The position numbers and the translations under genes are program-made. Positions 1 through 10,900 of a stretch of 64,000 nt of DNA are shown in pieces. The stretch is from Balneolales bacterium (GTDB lineage Bacteria; Bacteroidota; Rhodothermia; Balneolales; Natronogracilivirgulaceae). Numbering within the stretch: the stretch's first letter is position 1; each line of letters opens with the position of its first letter. Location of the stretch: NCBI GenBank assembly GCA_040905745.1, contig JBBDQY010000017.1, positions 9,513 to 73,512 of the forward strand, written 5' to 3'. Under the pieces are notes generated by a model. That model did no database searches. It saw nothing but the letters and a program-made list of their open reading frames with translations, and was not told the DNA's origin.

Positions 1-1700
1 GCAAACTGGTAGATATTGACCAAATTATTGAAGGGGAAAGAACAGGAGCCTTTGTTCATTTTCCAACCGAATCCGGAGAACAAAGACTGATGAAAGTCGG
101 CATTTCTTATGTAAGCACAGAACAAGCCCGATTGAATATAAAAGCTGAGCTGAACCACTGGGATTTTGATAGGATTGCAAAAGAATCGCGAGATGATTGG
201 AACAACTGGTTAGGTCGTATTGAAGTGGAGGGGGGAAGCGAAACAGACCGGAGGCGTTTTTACACTGATCTTTGGAAGGCACTCCAGGGTAGAAGAATTG
301 TCAGTGATGTAAACGGCAAATATCTTGACATGACCGGTGATGAAAGAAGAATAGGTCAAATACCGTTGGATGAAAATGGCAAGCCTCTGTTTAATCACCA
401 TAATTCCGATTCCTTCTGGGGTGCCCAATGGTCGATTAATACTCTCTGGCATCTGGTTTATCCTGAGGTCACCGAATCATTTGTCAACTCAATGCTGTTG
501 ATGTATGATGATGGCGGGCTGATACCCAGGGGGCCGTCGGGCGGGAATTATACTTATGTGATGACTGGTGCTTCTTCGACACCCTTTATTGTCAGTGCCT
601 ATATGAAAGGTATCAGGGGTTTTGATATAGAAAAAGCTTATGAAGGATTGCGCAAAAATCATATGCCAGGCGGACTCATGAGTAAGGCAGGCTATGAACA
701 TGATACCAACAAAGGTGGTGGAATAGAAGAATACATTGACAAAGGATATATACCCTATCCATTAAATGAAGAACCATACGGATTCCATGAAGACGGATCA
801 GGTCAAACACTTGAATATGCCTATCAGGATTGGGCTCTGTCAGAGATGGCATCAAGTATGGGTTTATCCGATGATCATGAAATGTTTTCAGCAAGGGCAT
901 ATAACTACAAGAATATATGGCATGCTGATTCGAGTTGGATGTGGATACGTGACCATCATGGGAGATGGAAAGAACCGTTTGACATACTCACATATGGTGA
1001 CGGTTTTGTGGAGAGTAATGCAGCCCAATGCACCTGGTGGGTGCCCCATGATATACAGGGATTGTGTAACTTAATGGGAGGGAGGGAATTTTTTACCGAA
1101 AAGTTAAACCGGTCGTTTGAACTTGCCCAAATTCATAATTTTACCTCAGGAACGGCACATGCACAGGAAAGGGAAAGAGAACTTCGACGGGTGTATATTA
1201 ACTATGGCAATCAGCAAAACATGCATCCAGCATGGCTGTTCAACTATTCAGGCTCACCCTGGCTCAGTCAGTTTTGGGCACGGAAAGTAACGGAGAAAAT
1301 CTATAGCGGATTATCTCCTGACCATGGCTATAATGGCGATGAAGACCAGGGACTGATGTCAGCTTTAGCCGTGCTTTTAAAGACCGGAATTTCGTCTGTG
1401 AATGGAGGGGCCTCTGAAGAGCCGTTCTATGAAATCGGGAGCCCCATATTTGACCGGATTACCATTAACTTAAACCCTGATTATTACCCTGGCGAAAAAT
1501 TTGTAATCGAAGCAGAAAATAATGGACCGGCAAAGTTTTATATACAATCGGCTTACCTTAATGGTAACCTCCATGACCGCCCGTGGGTTCTACATGAGAC
1601 TGTAATTAATGGTGGACTTCTGAAGCTAGAGATGGGAGAGGAGCCTAATAAGGAATGGGGCAACTTGCTCCATCAGACACCTCCATCAATGACTAAATAA
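1..1700 (+). CDS. GH92-family alpha-mannosidase, C-terminal ~565 codons (5' end lies outside the window)
   Basis: The frame of ORF 90-1700 stays open back to nt 3 (KLVDIDQIIEGERTGAFVHFPTESGEQRL precedes the first Met), so the gene enters from the left edge. GH92-like stretches are present: VGISYVSTEQA, GQTLEYAYQDWALSEMA, NQQNMHPAWLFNYSGSPW. Confidence 0.85.
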   Translation, partial: KLVDIDQIIEGERTGAFVHFPTESGEQRLMKVGISYVSTEQARLNIKAELNHWDFDRIAKESRDDWNNWLGRIEVEGGSETDRRRFYTDLWKALQGRRIVSDVNGKYLDMTGDERRIGQIPLDENGKPLFNHHNSDSFWGAQWSINTLWHLVYPEVTESFVNSMLLMYDDGGLIPRGPSGGNYTYVMTGASSTPFIVSAYMKGIRGFDIEKAYEGLRKNHMPGGLMSKAGYEHDTNKGGGIEEYIDKGYIPYPLNEEPYGFHEDGSGQTLEYAYQDWALSEMASSMGLSDDHEMFSARAYNYKNIWHADSSWMWIRDHHGRWKEPFDILTYGDGFVESNAAQCTWWVPHDIQGLCNLMGGREFFTEKLNRSFELAQIHNFTSGTAHAQERERELRRVYINYGNQQNMHPAWLFNYSGSPWLSQFWARKVTEKIYSGLSPDHGYNGDEDQGLMSALAVLLKTGISSVNGGASEEPFYEIGSPIFDRITINLNPDYYPGEKFVIEAENNGPAKFYIQSAYLNGNLHDRPWVLHETVINGGLLKLEMGEEPNKEWGNLLHQTPPSMTK

Positions 1701-1886
1701 TTTCTGATCAGTAAACCCTAATCTTACTATAGTTCATAAGCAATTACAATCAGCCCCACATTGAGGGTCAGATGACCGATACCATCTTTTCCTTATCGGT
1801 TTCAAAATCAATAAAGTAACTGCCAGCAGTAGCAAAAAAACCGATAAAAGAGTTTGAATATCCATAGTTATAAGATCTATTTAGAT

Positions 1887-4037
1887 TTAAAGCAGGCTTC
1901 CTGCTTGATAGGCGATAAATGAGCAGAGATAAGCCAGGAATGTCATGTAAACGAACATGATGCCCGGCCATTTCCAGGAGTTGGTCTCCCTTTTAACAAT
2001 TGCGATTGTGCTCATACATTGCATGGCCAGGGCAAAGAAAACCATTAAGGAGATTGCTGTTGGGATGGAGTAAACAGGCTCACCGGTTTCTGCATCAACA
2101 TCATTGATTAGTTTTGCTTTAAGGGTGACTATATTTGACTCATCTGATTCAATACTATATATAGTATTCAGAGTCCCCACCATAACCTCACGCGCTGCAA
2201 ATGAGGTAATCAACCCTATGCCAATCTTCCAGTCAAATCCCAGTGGCTTGATTACCGGCTCAATAAACAGCCCAATTTTCCCGATATAGCTATGCCTAAT
2301 TTGTTCTGAAGTTGATAAATTTGGTGTTTCCGCAGTAATCAGTTGAATTCCTGCAGGAGACTGATCAACTGAATATTGTTTTGGATTTTCATGAACAGGG
2401 TAGGATGCTAAAAACCAAAGGATAATAGAGATACCCATAATGATTTTACCTGCCTGAACAACAAAGATTCGTCCTCGGTCGAACATATGATGAAATACGG
2501 AAGACCATTGGGGCATTTTATATATGGGCAGTTCCATCATGAAGGGAGTTTGAGCCTGTCCAGTCGCACACCTATTTACCATGAAAGCTACCAGCCCCGC
2601 CATGAAGATTCCGAAAAAATAAAGTCCGAAAAAGGTAATGCCCTGAAGAGTAAAAATACCAAGCACACGATCCCTAGGTATGAAAGCAGCGATCATCAGA
2701 GCATAGACGGGCAGGCGAGCTGAACAGGCCATAAAGGGCAATACCATAATGGTAAGCAGACGGTCTTTGTGGTTCTCAATGGTGCGGGTAGCCATTATGC
2801 CTGGAATGGCGCATGCAAAACCTGAGATGAGTGGCATCACCGACCGGCCATGCAAACCAATGCGGTTCATAAAGCCATCCATCACAAAAGCAGCACGCGC
2901 CATATAACCGGTACCCTCCAGGATGGCAATGAAAAAGAACAGGAACATAATTTGAGGAAGAAATATAATGACACCTCCTAATCCTGCGATGACTCCTTCC
3001 ACCAAAAGATCGTTCAACATACCCGCTGGAAATTGGGTGGTTACGAAATTGCCTGCCTCAATAAAGAACCAGTCAATGAGGTTCATGAAGGGTTCTGCCC
3101 AACTAAAGATGGATTGGAACATCACCAGTAGTATACCCATAAATATAAGGGGGCCAAATATTTTATGGGTAACGATGGTATCGATGCGATCTGTGAGGGT
3201 CTCACCGACCTCTTCATGGATGGTGGCATCACGGGTGCATGCACCAATATGATCATATCGGTTCAGTACTTCAGCAGCAAAGGCATTTCCTCCGCCGGCT
3301 TCGATCACGGAGCGTGCGCGTTCAATAATCTCCTGACCCTTTACCTTATCCGGATGTTTTATGAAATCGTCAGTAAGCTGATTATCGCTGATCAGCCTCA
3401 GAGTTTCAATATAGTGAGAACGGACCGGCAATTTAGTATAGGGTTTGATCCATTCATTAATTACCAAATCAATGGCAGTTTTTAATGGAGCATCAGGATT
3501 CCATTGCAGAGGTTTAGGAGGAACAAGATCATGCACTGCGATAGCATTTTTAATCTTCATGACATCGGCTGACCTTTTTGCTACCATTGGTATAACAGGT
3601 ACACCTAATTTTGTTGCAATTTTTCCGGAGTCAATATTAATTCCATTTTCTTCAGCTACATCTATCATGTTAAGAACGATGATTACGGGCAGGTCCAGGT
3701 CCATTACCTGAGTGGCCATATACAGATTCCTTTCAATATTGCTTGAATCCAGTATAACGAGCACCAGGTCAGGTGTTTGTTCGTGTTCGTAGTCACCGAT
3801 AAGGGCTTGATAAGCAATACGCTCGTCAAGTTTATTATGATTAAGACTGTACGTTCCAGGCAGATCAACGATCGTGAGCCTGATGTTATTAATTTGACAG
3901 GTGCCTACCTTGCGTTCTACCGTTACTCCGGGATAATTGCCTATTTTTTGCTTGAGGCCGGTTAACGCATTGAATAAAGTTGATTTTCCGGTGTTGGGAT
4001 TGCCTACTAAAGCTATGGATATAGAATCCGTGTCCAT
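1887..4037 (-). CDS. feoB: Ferrous iron transporter FeoB (G-domain plus polytopic membrane domain)
   Basis: 716 aa. N-terminal GTPase P-loop ALVGNPNTGKSTLFNALTG, then DLPGTYSL and a long hydrophobic permease part. Sits directly downstream of two FeoA genes. Confidence 0.95.
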   Translation of the reverse strand: MDTDSISIALVGNPNTGKSTLFNALTGLKQKIGNYPGVTVERKVGTCQINNIRLTIVDLPGTYSLNHNKLDERIAYQALIGDYEHEQTPDLVLVILDSSNIERNLYMATQVMDLDLPVIIVLNMIDVAEENGINIDSGKIATKLGVPVIPMVAKRSADVMKIKNAIAVHDLVPPKPLQWNPDAPLKTAIDLVINEWIKPYTKLPVRSHYIETLRLISDNQLTDDFIKHPDKVKGQEIIERARSVIEAGGGNAFAAEVLNRYDHIGACTRDATIHEEVGETLTDRIDTIVTHKIFGPLIFMGILLVMFQSIFSWAEPFMNLIDWFFIEAGNFVTTQFPAGMLNDLLVEGVIAGLGGVIIFLPQIMFLFFFIAILEGTGYMARAAFVMDGFMNRIGLHGRSVMPLISGFACAIPGIMATRTIENHKDRLLTIMVLPFMACSARLPVYALMIAAFIPRDRVLGIFTLQGITFFGLYFFGIFMAGLVAFMVNRCATGQAQTPFMMELPIYKMPQWSSVFHHMFDRGRIFVVQAGKIIMGISIILWFLASYPVHENPKQYSVDQSPAGIQLITAETPNLSTSEQIRHSYIGKIGLFIEPVIKPLGFDWKIGIGLITSFAAREVMVGTLNTIYSIESDESNIVTLKAKLINDVDAETGEPVYSIPTAISLMVFFALAMQCMSTIAIVKRETNSWKWPGIMFVYMTFLAYLCSFIAYQAGSLL

Positions 4038-4040
4038 AGT

Positions 4041-4256
4041 TTAAACTATTTCAATACACTGGGCTTCAGATTTCCGTAGGGAAAGAAGATAGCCGCGGAT
4101 CTTGATTTCAATGGGAAAGCCAAGGGGTGCGGAACGAATGATTTCAATGGCAGTACCCGGCGTGAGCCCCATTTCTAACAGCCTCATTGATTCCTGTCCT
4201 CTTATGGTTTTAATACTTGTTTTACCTGGTATTTTAATTTCTGATAAAAGCGGCAT
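4041..4256 (-). CDS. feoA: FeoA-domain protein (copy 2, adjacent to feoB)
   Basis: 71 aa with the FeoA/SH3-like pattern LLEMGLTPGTAIEIIRSAPLGFPIEIKIRGYLLSLRKSEAQCIEI. Its stop lies 3 nt before the feoB start. Confidence 0.85.
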   Translation of the reverse strand: MPLLSEIKIPGKTSIKTIRGQESMRLLEMGLTPGTAIEIIRSAPLGFPIEIKIRGYLLSLRKSEAQCIEIV

Positions 4257-4264
4257 ATTGTTTA

Positions 4265-4483
4265 CTATTTAGATCGGACCAGAATGGTATGGGCAAGTTG
4301 AGTACTAATGGCCAGTCGGGTTTCGCCAACCTGAAAAATAATTTTTGAGCCATTGGAAATAAGTTTGCCCTTCAGTCCTTCTACGCAGCCCATCTCTCGT
4401 AACTTGCAGGCATTTTGGCTGCTACATGCCAAACATTGTATGTCGATTTCCTCACCTAGTATTGCAGCTGTTAAAGGGTGCAT
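4265..4483 (-). CDS. FeoA-domain protein (copy 1, Cys-rich N-terminal half)
   Basis: 72 aa. KLREMGCVEGLKGKLISNGSKIIFQVGETRLAISTQLAHTILV fits the FeoA fold pattern. It lies 8 nt upstream of the second feoA. Confidence 0.75.
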   Translation of the reverse strand: MHPLTAAILGEEIDIQCLACSSQNACKLREMGCVEGLKGKLISNGSKIIFQVGETRLAISTQLAHTILVRSK

Positions 4484-4774
4484 ATTATGTATTATTTAAA
4501 CTCGGTCTAAACAAAGTTACGAAGATTTTATCTAAAAGAGTATATTAGAGTCAAATATCTTTTATAGAAAAGCCATATTCAGTAATAAGTTACCAATAAG
4601 CCCTAAAACCGCCTATCACGCTAGCACCTGGTCAGTACATCCCGATAACCGTGACTTTGAAAGCCAACGCTCAGGATAAACCCGAAGGCCAGCTTCTCAT
4701 AAAGGCCATGGGAAATTCAGAACCCCTGAACGTGAGGCTGGATACAAGTCCATGATTCCTAATCAATTATATTG

Positions 4775-6931
4775 TTATTTTGCAAGTGGATCAGGACGAA
4801 GTTGAAAATGGACCACTTTGCTCGAGGTTCCTTTCCCGTCTTCCATATGGAAGGGTGCCCGTCGTGTGCTTACAGTCGTCCATAACCCACGACCTTTCCA
4901 GCCTGCATCAGGATCATCAATCCGTCCATCCATCCATTTTGTATAGAAACCTAGGGGATATGGTACGCGCATTTTAATCCATTCCCCATCTTTTAGGGCC
5001 AATAAACCTTCAGAAACATTTCCGGTATTGATAGGTATATTGTCTCCCAAGCCAAAGGTATTGAATTGGTCTACCCACGTGTAATAACTGGATTCCGCGC
5101 TTCCTGATTCATCCAGATTCTTTAATTGGGGAAGAGGCTCGGTGTAGAATGTCCACCCTTCAGGGCAATGTTGCCCTGTGGCTTTAGGACCGTTTAACGG
5201 CCCTTCACATTTTCTGCGGTCAAAACTGCCCATATGTCCGCTCGCCAGGGCCACCCAGGCCACTCCGTTTCTGTCTATATCCATTCCACGGGGAGAATAT
5301 CCTTCAACCGGCTCTCCCTGATCATCCATCGGAAGCTCATAAATCTCGGTCAGCGCCGTCTTTTCAGGATCGCTGCCAGGTGTTAGCCGAATTACAGCTC
5401 CCGGATATCCCAGACTTGAACCCCAAACTGAACCATCGGCGGCAGGGGAGACGGCATATAGTCCAGATGTTATACGCTTATCCAGATCCGGGTTAATCTC
5501 TTCCTGGGGCTCCACATAATCGTCACGCTTTCCATTCCCATTGGTATCAATAATGAGTGCCGTCCAACCCTGAGATGCTTCCTCATCACCGGTTTCATCA
5601 AACATTTTAGTATCCAGCCATCCAACCACTTGTCCACCACCGCTTGTCCACAGTGTATTTTGTTCATCTTCAGCAAACATAAGGTGATGGGTGCTAAAGC
5701 AAGTGCTAATCGGTGTATAGGTATCGGATTCGGGATCGTAAACACCTAAATGCCGACTTGCCCGGTTTACAGGAAATTCCCGGGCAGAGGGATGATCTGA
5801 GTCTTCTTTGCAGAAATCAGGATTGTCTGAAGGTCGAACGGTAGCGGTGATCCAAACCCGTGATTGTTCATCAAGCATTGGGTTGTGAACATTCGTCTTG
5901 CTGTGCCAGATTGGCTCATCATCCCAATAGGGAGAAGCCTGAAGGACGGGCCCGGCAGCCTGGTCAGTCTCCGGATCGCGCGGATATACCGGTATCCGGC
6001 TGGATTCATGGCTTATAGGATTGAGAACAGGCAGATAATCCGCACTTGCTTCCAGGGCACCATATAACGGTCCGTTAGCATTCACGGTAGGGTCTCTTCG
6101 ATCTGTTGATACTACATCATGGAGGTAGGCTTTTGGATCCGCCCAATCCCACTGGGTAATGACAATATTCCTTTCGATGCCTTCCGGACGGGGAGGTTCA
6201 GGCGGCAGTTCTCCGCCGGCGATCCGGTCAGTCCAATCGGCAAACATTTCAATAGCATTCTCTCCGCCAATTCGTTCCATAGAGGAGAGCATGCTCCTCC
6301 CCGCCTGACCGGATTGGATACGGCGCCACCATGCTTCTTCAGTATTATTGGTTTCCCTGAACATTTGGGGTATCTCTCTTGTAGCTTTATTTCCTAATTG
6401 ATGGCAAGCCATGCAATTTCCTGACTTAATATTTCTAAGAAGTTCAGCCCGAACTCCAAGATTGGGTGAAAAGCCTTCATCGTCAGCACCTGTGTTTTGA
6501 AATTCGTTTTTATCCGGTACTTCAAGCAGAGATAACCAATAACCGGCAGGGTAATATTCTGCGGCATCTTTTGGGTTGGGTGCGACTGCCGCCGTCAGGT
6601 TAATCCTACTGCCGGGCGCAGCCTCCACTTTGGGTGAGTCAACCAGTCCATAGCCTCTCACCCAAATGGAATAAGTAGCATCTGGCAGCTGCGGAAGAAC
6701 ATACCGCCCCTCATTATCTGTCACCACTATTTTCACATATTTTGAAGGCAGATCATAAGTCTCTGCTATCACCCAAACCCCAGCTTCAGGACCATTTTGC
6801 CCGGTAACGACACCCTCTATATAGCCATCAGTATTAGATTGGCCGGAATCTGTTGGTGTGCATGATACCAACCCGGCCATCAAGACCAGGGTTAAAGCCA
6901 CAATGTAAATTATAAAAGTAATTGATTTCAT
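4775..6931 (-). CDS. Lipoprotein with a CarboxypepD_reg-like N-terminal domain, one c-type haem motif (CMACH) and a large C-terminal domain of unknown function
   Basis: 718 aa. Lipobox LMAGLVSC. GVVTGQNGPEAGVWVIAE...TDNEGRYVLPQLPDATYSIWV is typical of carboxypeptidase-regulatory-like beta-sandwiches. A single CXXCH lies at aa 173-177 (nt 6401-6415, minus strand). The remaining ~540 aa are rich in W/G/D. Confidence 0.55.
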   Translation of the reverse strand: MKSITFIIYIVALTLVLMAGLVSCTPTDSGQSNTDGYIEGVVTGQNGPEAGVWVIAETYDLPSKYVKIVVTDNEGRYVLPQLPDATYSIWVRGYGLVDSPKVEAAPGSRINLTAAVAPNPKDAAEYYPAGYWLSLLEVPDKNEFQNTGADDEGFSPNLGVRAELLRNIKSGNCMACHQLGNKATREIPQMFRETNNTEEAWWRRIQSGQAGRSMLSSMERIGGENAIEMFADWTDRIAGGELPPEPPRPEGIERNIVITQWDWADPKAYLHDVVSTDRRDPTVNANGPLYGALEASADYLPVLNPISHESSRIPVYPRDPETDQAAGPVLQASPYWDDEPIWHSKTNVHNPMLDEQSRVWITATVRPSDNPDFCKEDSDHPSAREFPVNRASRHLGVYDPESDTYTPISTCFSTHHLMFAEDEQNTLWTSGGGQVVGWLDTKMFDETGDEEASQGWTALIIDTNGNGKRDDYVEPQEEINPDLDKRITSGLYAVSPAADGSVWGSSLGYPGAVIRLTPGSDPEKTALTEIYELPMDDQGEPVEGYSPRGMDIDRNGVAWVALASGHMGSFDRRKCEGPLNGPKATGQHCPEGWTFYTEPLPQLKNLDESGSAESSYYTWVDQFNTFGLGDNIPINTGNVSEGLLALKDGEWIKMRVPYPLGFYTKWMDGRIDDPDAGWKGRGLWTTVSTRRAPFHMEDGKGTSSKVVHFQLRPDPLAK

Positions 6932-7340
6932 AATATTGAAAAAGCTTAGAGGAGTTGATCAGTTGCTATATATTTATATCATTTATTTAACTGCAATTTA
7001 TTAAACATTGGCTAAAAACAAAATCTTCTGTAAAATGTGGGGTGGTACAGTTCGACTATTAAACTTTATATAACACATAGCCATGCAGAGTAATAGGTTA
7101 GGAATCAACTAAAATTCAACTATTTAAAATTCCCAAAACGATGCAAATATAGTATACACTTAATATGGCTCACCCAATATATTTAAATTATCGGGGTTGA
7201 AAAACCAATCCAAACCAAAAAGTCGACTCGGGTTCAGAACTTGCAGGAGGTATCAGACTTATATTTCAGCAAAGTTCTTATGTCCTATCAATTAATAATT
7301 ATTGAGTATATTCCGTATTAACTATCAGAAGGAGGGTATT

Positions 7341-7757
7341 ATGAAAAGCCAGTTAAATGAGTTTAAAACATTCATTGCCCGGGGTAACGTGGTGGAATTG
7401 GCCGTGGGCCTGATCATGGCACTATATTTTGGAGCAATTGTTCAATCGTTCGTGGATGATATTGTAATGCCGCCCATTGGTAATTTTATTGCGGGAATTG
7501 ACTTTGCCGATCTTAAATGGGTGATTGGAGAACGGGTAACCGAAGAAGGCACTATCGAATTAATCTCAATTAATTACGGTATTTTTCTCAACACCATTAT
7601 TACCTTTCTCATCGTATCCCTGGCTATTTTCACCCTCGTGAGGGTTTACAATAATTTCCTGAAAAAGGAAAAGAAAGCTGCATCGGCAGCACCGAATAAC
7701 CAGGAGAAGCTCCTTATAGAGATACGCGATATACTGAAGGAAAATAAACGGCTTTAG
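7341..7757 (+). CDS. mscL: Large-conductance mechanosensitive channel MscL
   Basis: MKSQLNEFKTFIARGNVVELAVGLIMA is the canonical MscL N-terminus. There are two TM helices and a charged C-terminal tail. ATG 7341 is preceded by GGAGGG. The TTG at 7302 in the ORF track is probably not the start. Confidence 0.9.
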   Translation: MKSQLNEFKTFIARGNVVELAVGLIMALYFGAIVQSFVDDIVMPPIGNFIAGIDFADLKWVIGERVTEEGTIELISINYGIFLNTIITFLIVSLAIFTLVRVYNNFLKKEKKAASAAPNNQEKLLIEIRDILKENKRL

Positions 7758-7955
7758 AACACTGAATTAAAGTATTATTGGCACGCCATTGTTATGACGG
7801 GTTAATCTTCTGTTCTGCTGCTAACACATATCTATAGTACTTTTTTATTGAGATTATTCTTTCGGGTTTATTAATAGATAAGCTCATAAAAAAAGGTGAT
7901 ATTATAAACTATTAGTACGTTTCATTATGAATTTCCAGGTCAGGTAGGGTTTAGC

Positions 7956-10900
7956 ATGATTGATTATTCAAAGGTTACTTTTAATATCAATTATCTGAAG
8001 GAAAGTGCCATTCATCTTGCTGAACTGCACGCAACAACCCAACCGACAAAAAAAATCTACCCTGTAAAACCTATACTTGATCAATCAAGGAAGGTCCTTA
8101 ATGATGCCTATAGGATCCTTTCTGGATTGGCCAGGGATAACCAGGACCTTTCCCCCGCAGCCGAATGGCTAATTGATAATTTTTATATTATCCAGGAACA
8201 GATTGTAGAGGTAGGGGTAGATTTTCCTAAAGAGTTCCAAAGGAACTTACCTTCATTAAATAGCGGAGAACATGAGGGTTTGCCTAGGGTCTACGAACTG
8301 GTAATGCATTTCCTGACTCACACCGATAATCTGGTGGATGAAGAGGTTTTGGGGCATTATATCAAAAGCTATCAGGAAGCCGAGATCCTGTTGCAGGGAG
8401 AAATCTGGGCCATTCCCATTATGCTCCGTTTGATCCTGGTTCAGAAACTGGCTGAAAAAGCGTCCCGTATCCTCTATCGAAAATGCATTTGGAAGGATGT
8501 TCACGAATTGATGGGAAATATGGCTGGGAGGGACCTTGAGGAACCCGGGCTGCTAATCTCTATTATGTCAGATTGGCTGAGCAAGGAAGAAAGGACTGAA
8601 AGCCTGATTACTCTCATAGAGTTATACAATCAGCTACAGCAGAGGGGGTTACTGCTGGAAGAGCAGAAACGATGGTTTATTTATCGTTTTAAACAGCATG
8701 ATATCACCATTGAAGAAGCAATGCACCTTGAAGCGCAAAGACAGTCGCGCCTGCAAGTCAGCATTCAGAATGCGGTAGTCACGCTTCGAGAATCATCTGA
8801 AACGGATTGGAATGATTTTGTCGAAAATTGTTCGCGTGTTGATCATGTTTTGCGGCAGGATCCATTTGGCCTCTATACAAAAATGGATTTTAATACAAGA
8901 GACCGGTATCGCAAATCGGTTGAAAAATTAAGCCGTGGATCCGGAAAGTCCGAAATGGAGGTGGCCGGGCAAGCTTTGAGTCTGTCTGTAAATGCATCAT
9001 ACGATTCAGAGGATGGTGTCAACAATTTGCTGTTCAATCAAAATGCAGTTAAAAAGCATATTGGTTATTACCTGACCGGTGATGGATATTTTGATTTCGC
9101 CGAAAGTATCAGATACAGAATGCCGCTACGTGAGCGGGTGCAAAGAAGGCTGGAAAAAAATCCCGTTTGGTATGTATGGTCTATCTTTTTGCTCACAGTT
9201 CTTTTAATGCTAGCTCTTTTTGTTGTTACGGCGGCTTACAACGAAACTTTATTAATTTCAGTCACCGTATTCATTATTGCCCTTTTTCCGGCACTCGATC
9301 TGTCTGTATCGGCTGTTAATCGTTTTTTTGCTTTTTTACTTCCGCCACGGACCCTTCCAAAAATGGATTATAAAGATAATATTCCTGGTGAGTCCCGCAC
9401 CTTGGTGGTGGTTCCTACTCTATTATCATCACCTGATGATGTCAGGCAGCAGGTTGAGAAGCTTGAGGTTCGCTCTCTGGCCAATCCGCATCCGGGGTTG
9501 CAGTTTGCTTTACTCACCGATTTCTTTGACGCGGATACACAAAAAACTGAGGGTGATGAAGATATACTGAATACTGTCAAAGATGCAATCTATGAATTGA
9601 ACCAGAAGTACAGTTCACGTTATGGGGATAAATTTTATGTTCTTCACAGAGAGAGGTTATGGAACGAATCAGAACACGTCTGGATGGGCTGGGAGCGTAA
9701 GCGAGGCAAGTTGGAAGAGTTTAACAGGTTGTTGCGTGATCCCCTGATCCCTACATCCTATACACTGATAACTGGTGATTTTGTAAAGTCGGTTGAAATG
9801 ATGCCGGTAAAATATGTAATCACATTAGATGCCGATACACAACTTCCCCCAGATAGTGCTGTTCACCTGATCAGGACCATTTCCCACCCTTTGAACCGTG
9901 CCTGGTATGATCCTGATAAACGGCGTATTACCAAAGGTTACGCTATCATTCAGCCTCGCATATCCATACCTCCATCATCTGCAAGGAAGACGTGGTTTTC
10001 AAGGATATTTTCAGGGAATGTGGGGCTTGATCCGTATTCTACGGCGGTGTCTGATATTTACCAGGATCTTGCAGGAGAGGCTGTATTTACCGGTAAGGGT
10101 ATTTATGATGTTCAGGCTTACCATGAAGTGCTCAATATGAGATTTCCAGAAAATAGAATATTATCTCATGATCTGATTGAAAGTGCCTATCTACGGACAG
10201 GATTAGCCACAGACTTAGAGCTTTTTGATGATTTTCCATCAACTTATCTTGGTTTCAGTAAACGTAATCACCGCTGGACAAGGGGTGACTGGCAAATTGC
10301 CGCCTGGCTTTTCCCACAAGTACCCTCGACCAAGGGTAAAGAGAAGAACAGAATCAACCTTCTTTCCAGATGGAAGATATTTGATAATCTTCGCCGCTCA
10401 CTGAACTCATTTTTTCTCACCCTATTCTTCATTGGAGGCTGGTTCTGGCTGCCGGGGGCGGCTTGGATATGGACATTAGCAGCCTTCAGTATTCTGGCTT
10501 TTCCTATTTATGTGAGTCTGTCTGCTGATATTATAAACCGGCCTGCACGGGTCCGCTGGAAAGTTTATCTGGATAAAGTAAGATCCAATTTAAAAATGAA
10601 TACCATTCAAGCCCTCCTCACGGTCATAATTCTGCCTCATCAGGCTGTCGTACATCTGGATGCCGTATTTCGAACCTTATACAGGCTGTTGGTTTCAAAA
10701 AAATGGCTGCTGGAATGGACCACAGCATCGCAGACGGAATCCGGGAGTCCGGATTCTTTGATGACCTATTTTCGATTTATGATATTTACGGTGGTGCTCG
10801 GGATTGCCATATTTGTAGTTAGCATTGCACTGAATGTACAGTATCTTTGGATTACAGGTCCTTTTTTCCTGATCTGGGCATGTTCACCATGGTATTTGTA

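Noticed and set aside
1768-1971. 67-aa minus-strand ORF overlapping the 3' end of feoB
   Set aside because: It overlaps the feoB C-terminal coding region in another frame and has low-complexity sequence. The real feoB stop at 1887 explains the region.
4484-4520. AT-rich ATTATGTATTAT immediately upstream of the first feoA, considered as a Fur box
   Set aside because: It is not palindromic, matches the GATAATGATAATCATTATC consensus poorly, and abuts the start codon where a promoter would not be expected.
4621-4716. GC-richer patch upstream of feoA whose minus-strand translation reads ISHGLYEKLAFGFILSVGFQSHGYRDVLTRC-stop, reminiscent of a GNAT acetyltransferase C-terminus (LYEKLGF)
   Set aside because: It is only ~31 codons, preceded by an in-frame stop, and the match is a single short motif. 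That is too weak to call a gene remnant without a BLASTX hit.
7037-7060. GGTGGTACAGTTCGACT, vaguely like a tRNA T-arm (GGTTCGA)
   Set aside because: I could not fold the flanks into an acceptor stem, anticodon arm or D-arm. It is not a tRNA.
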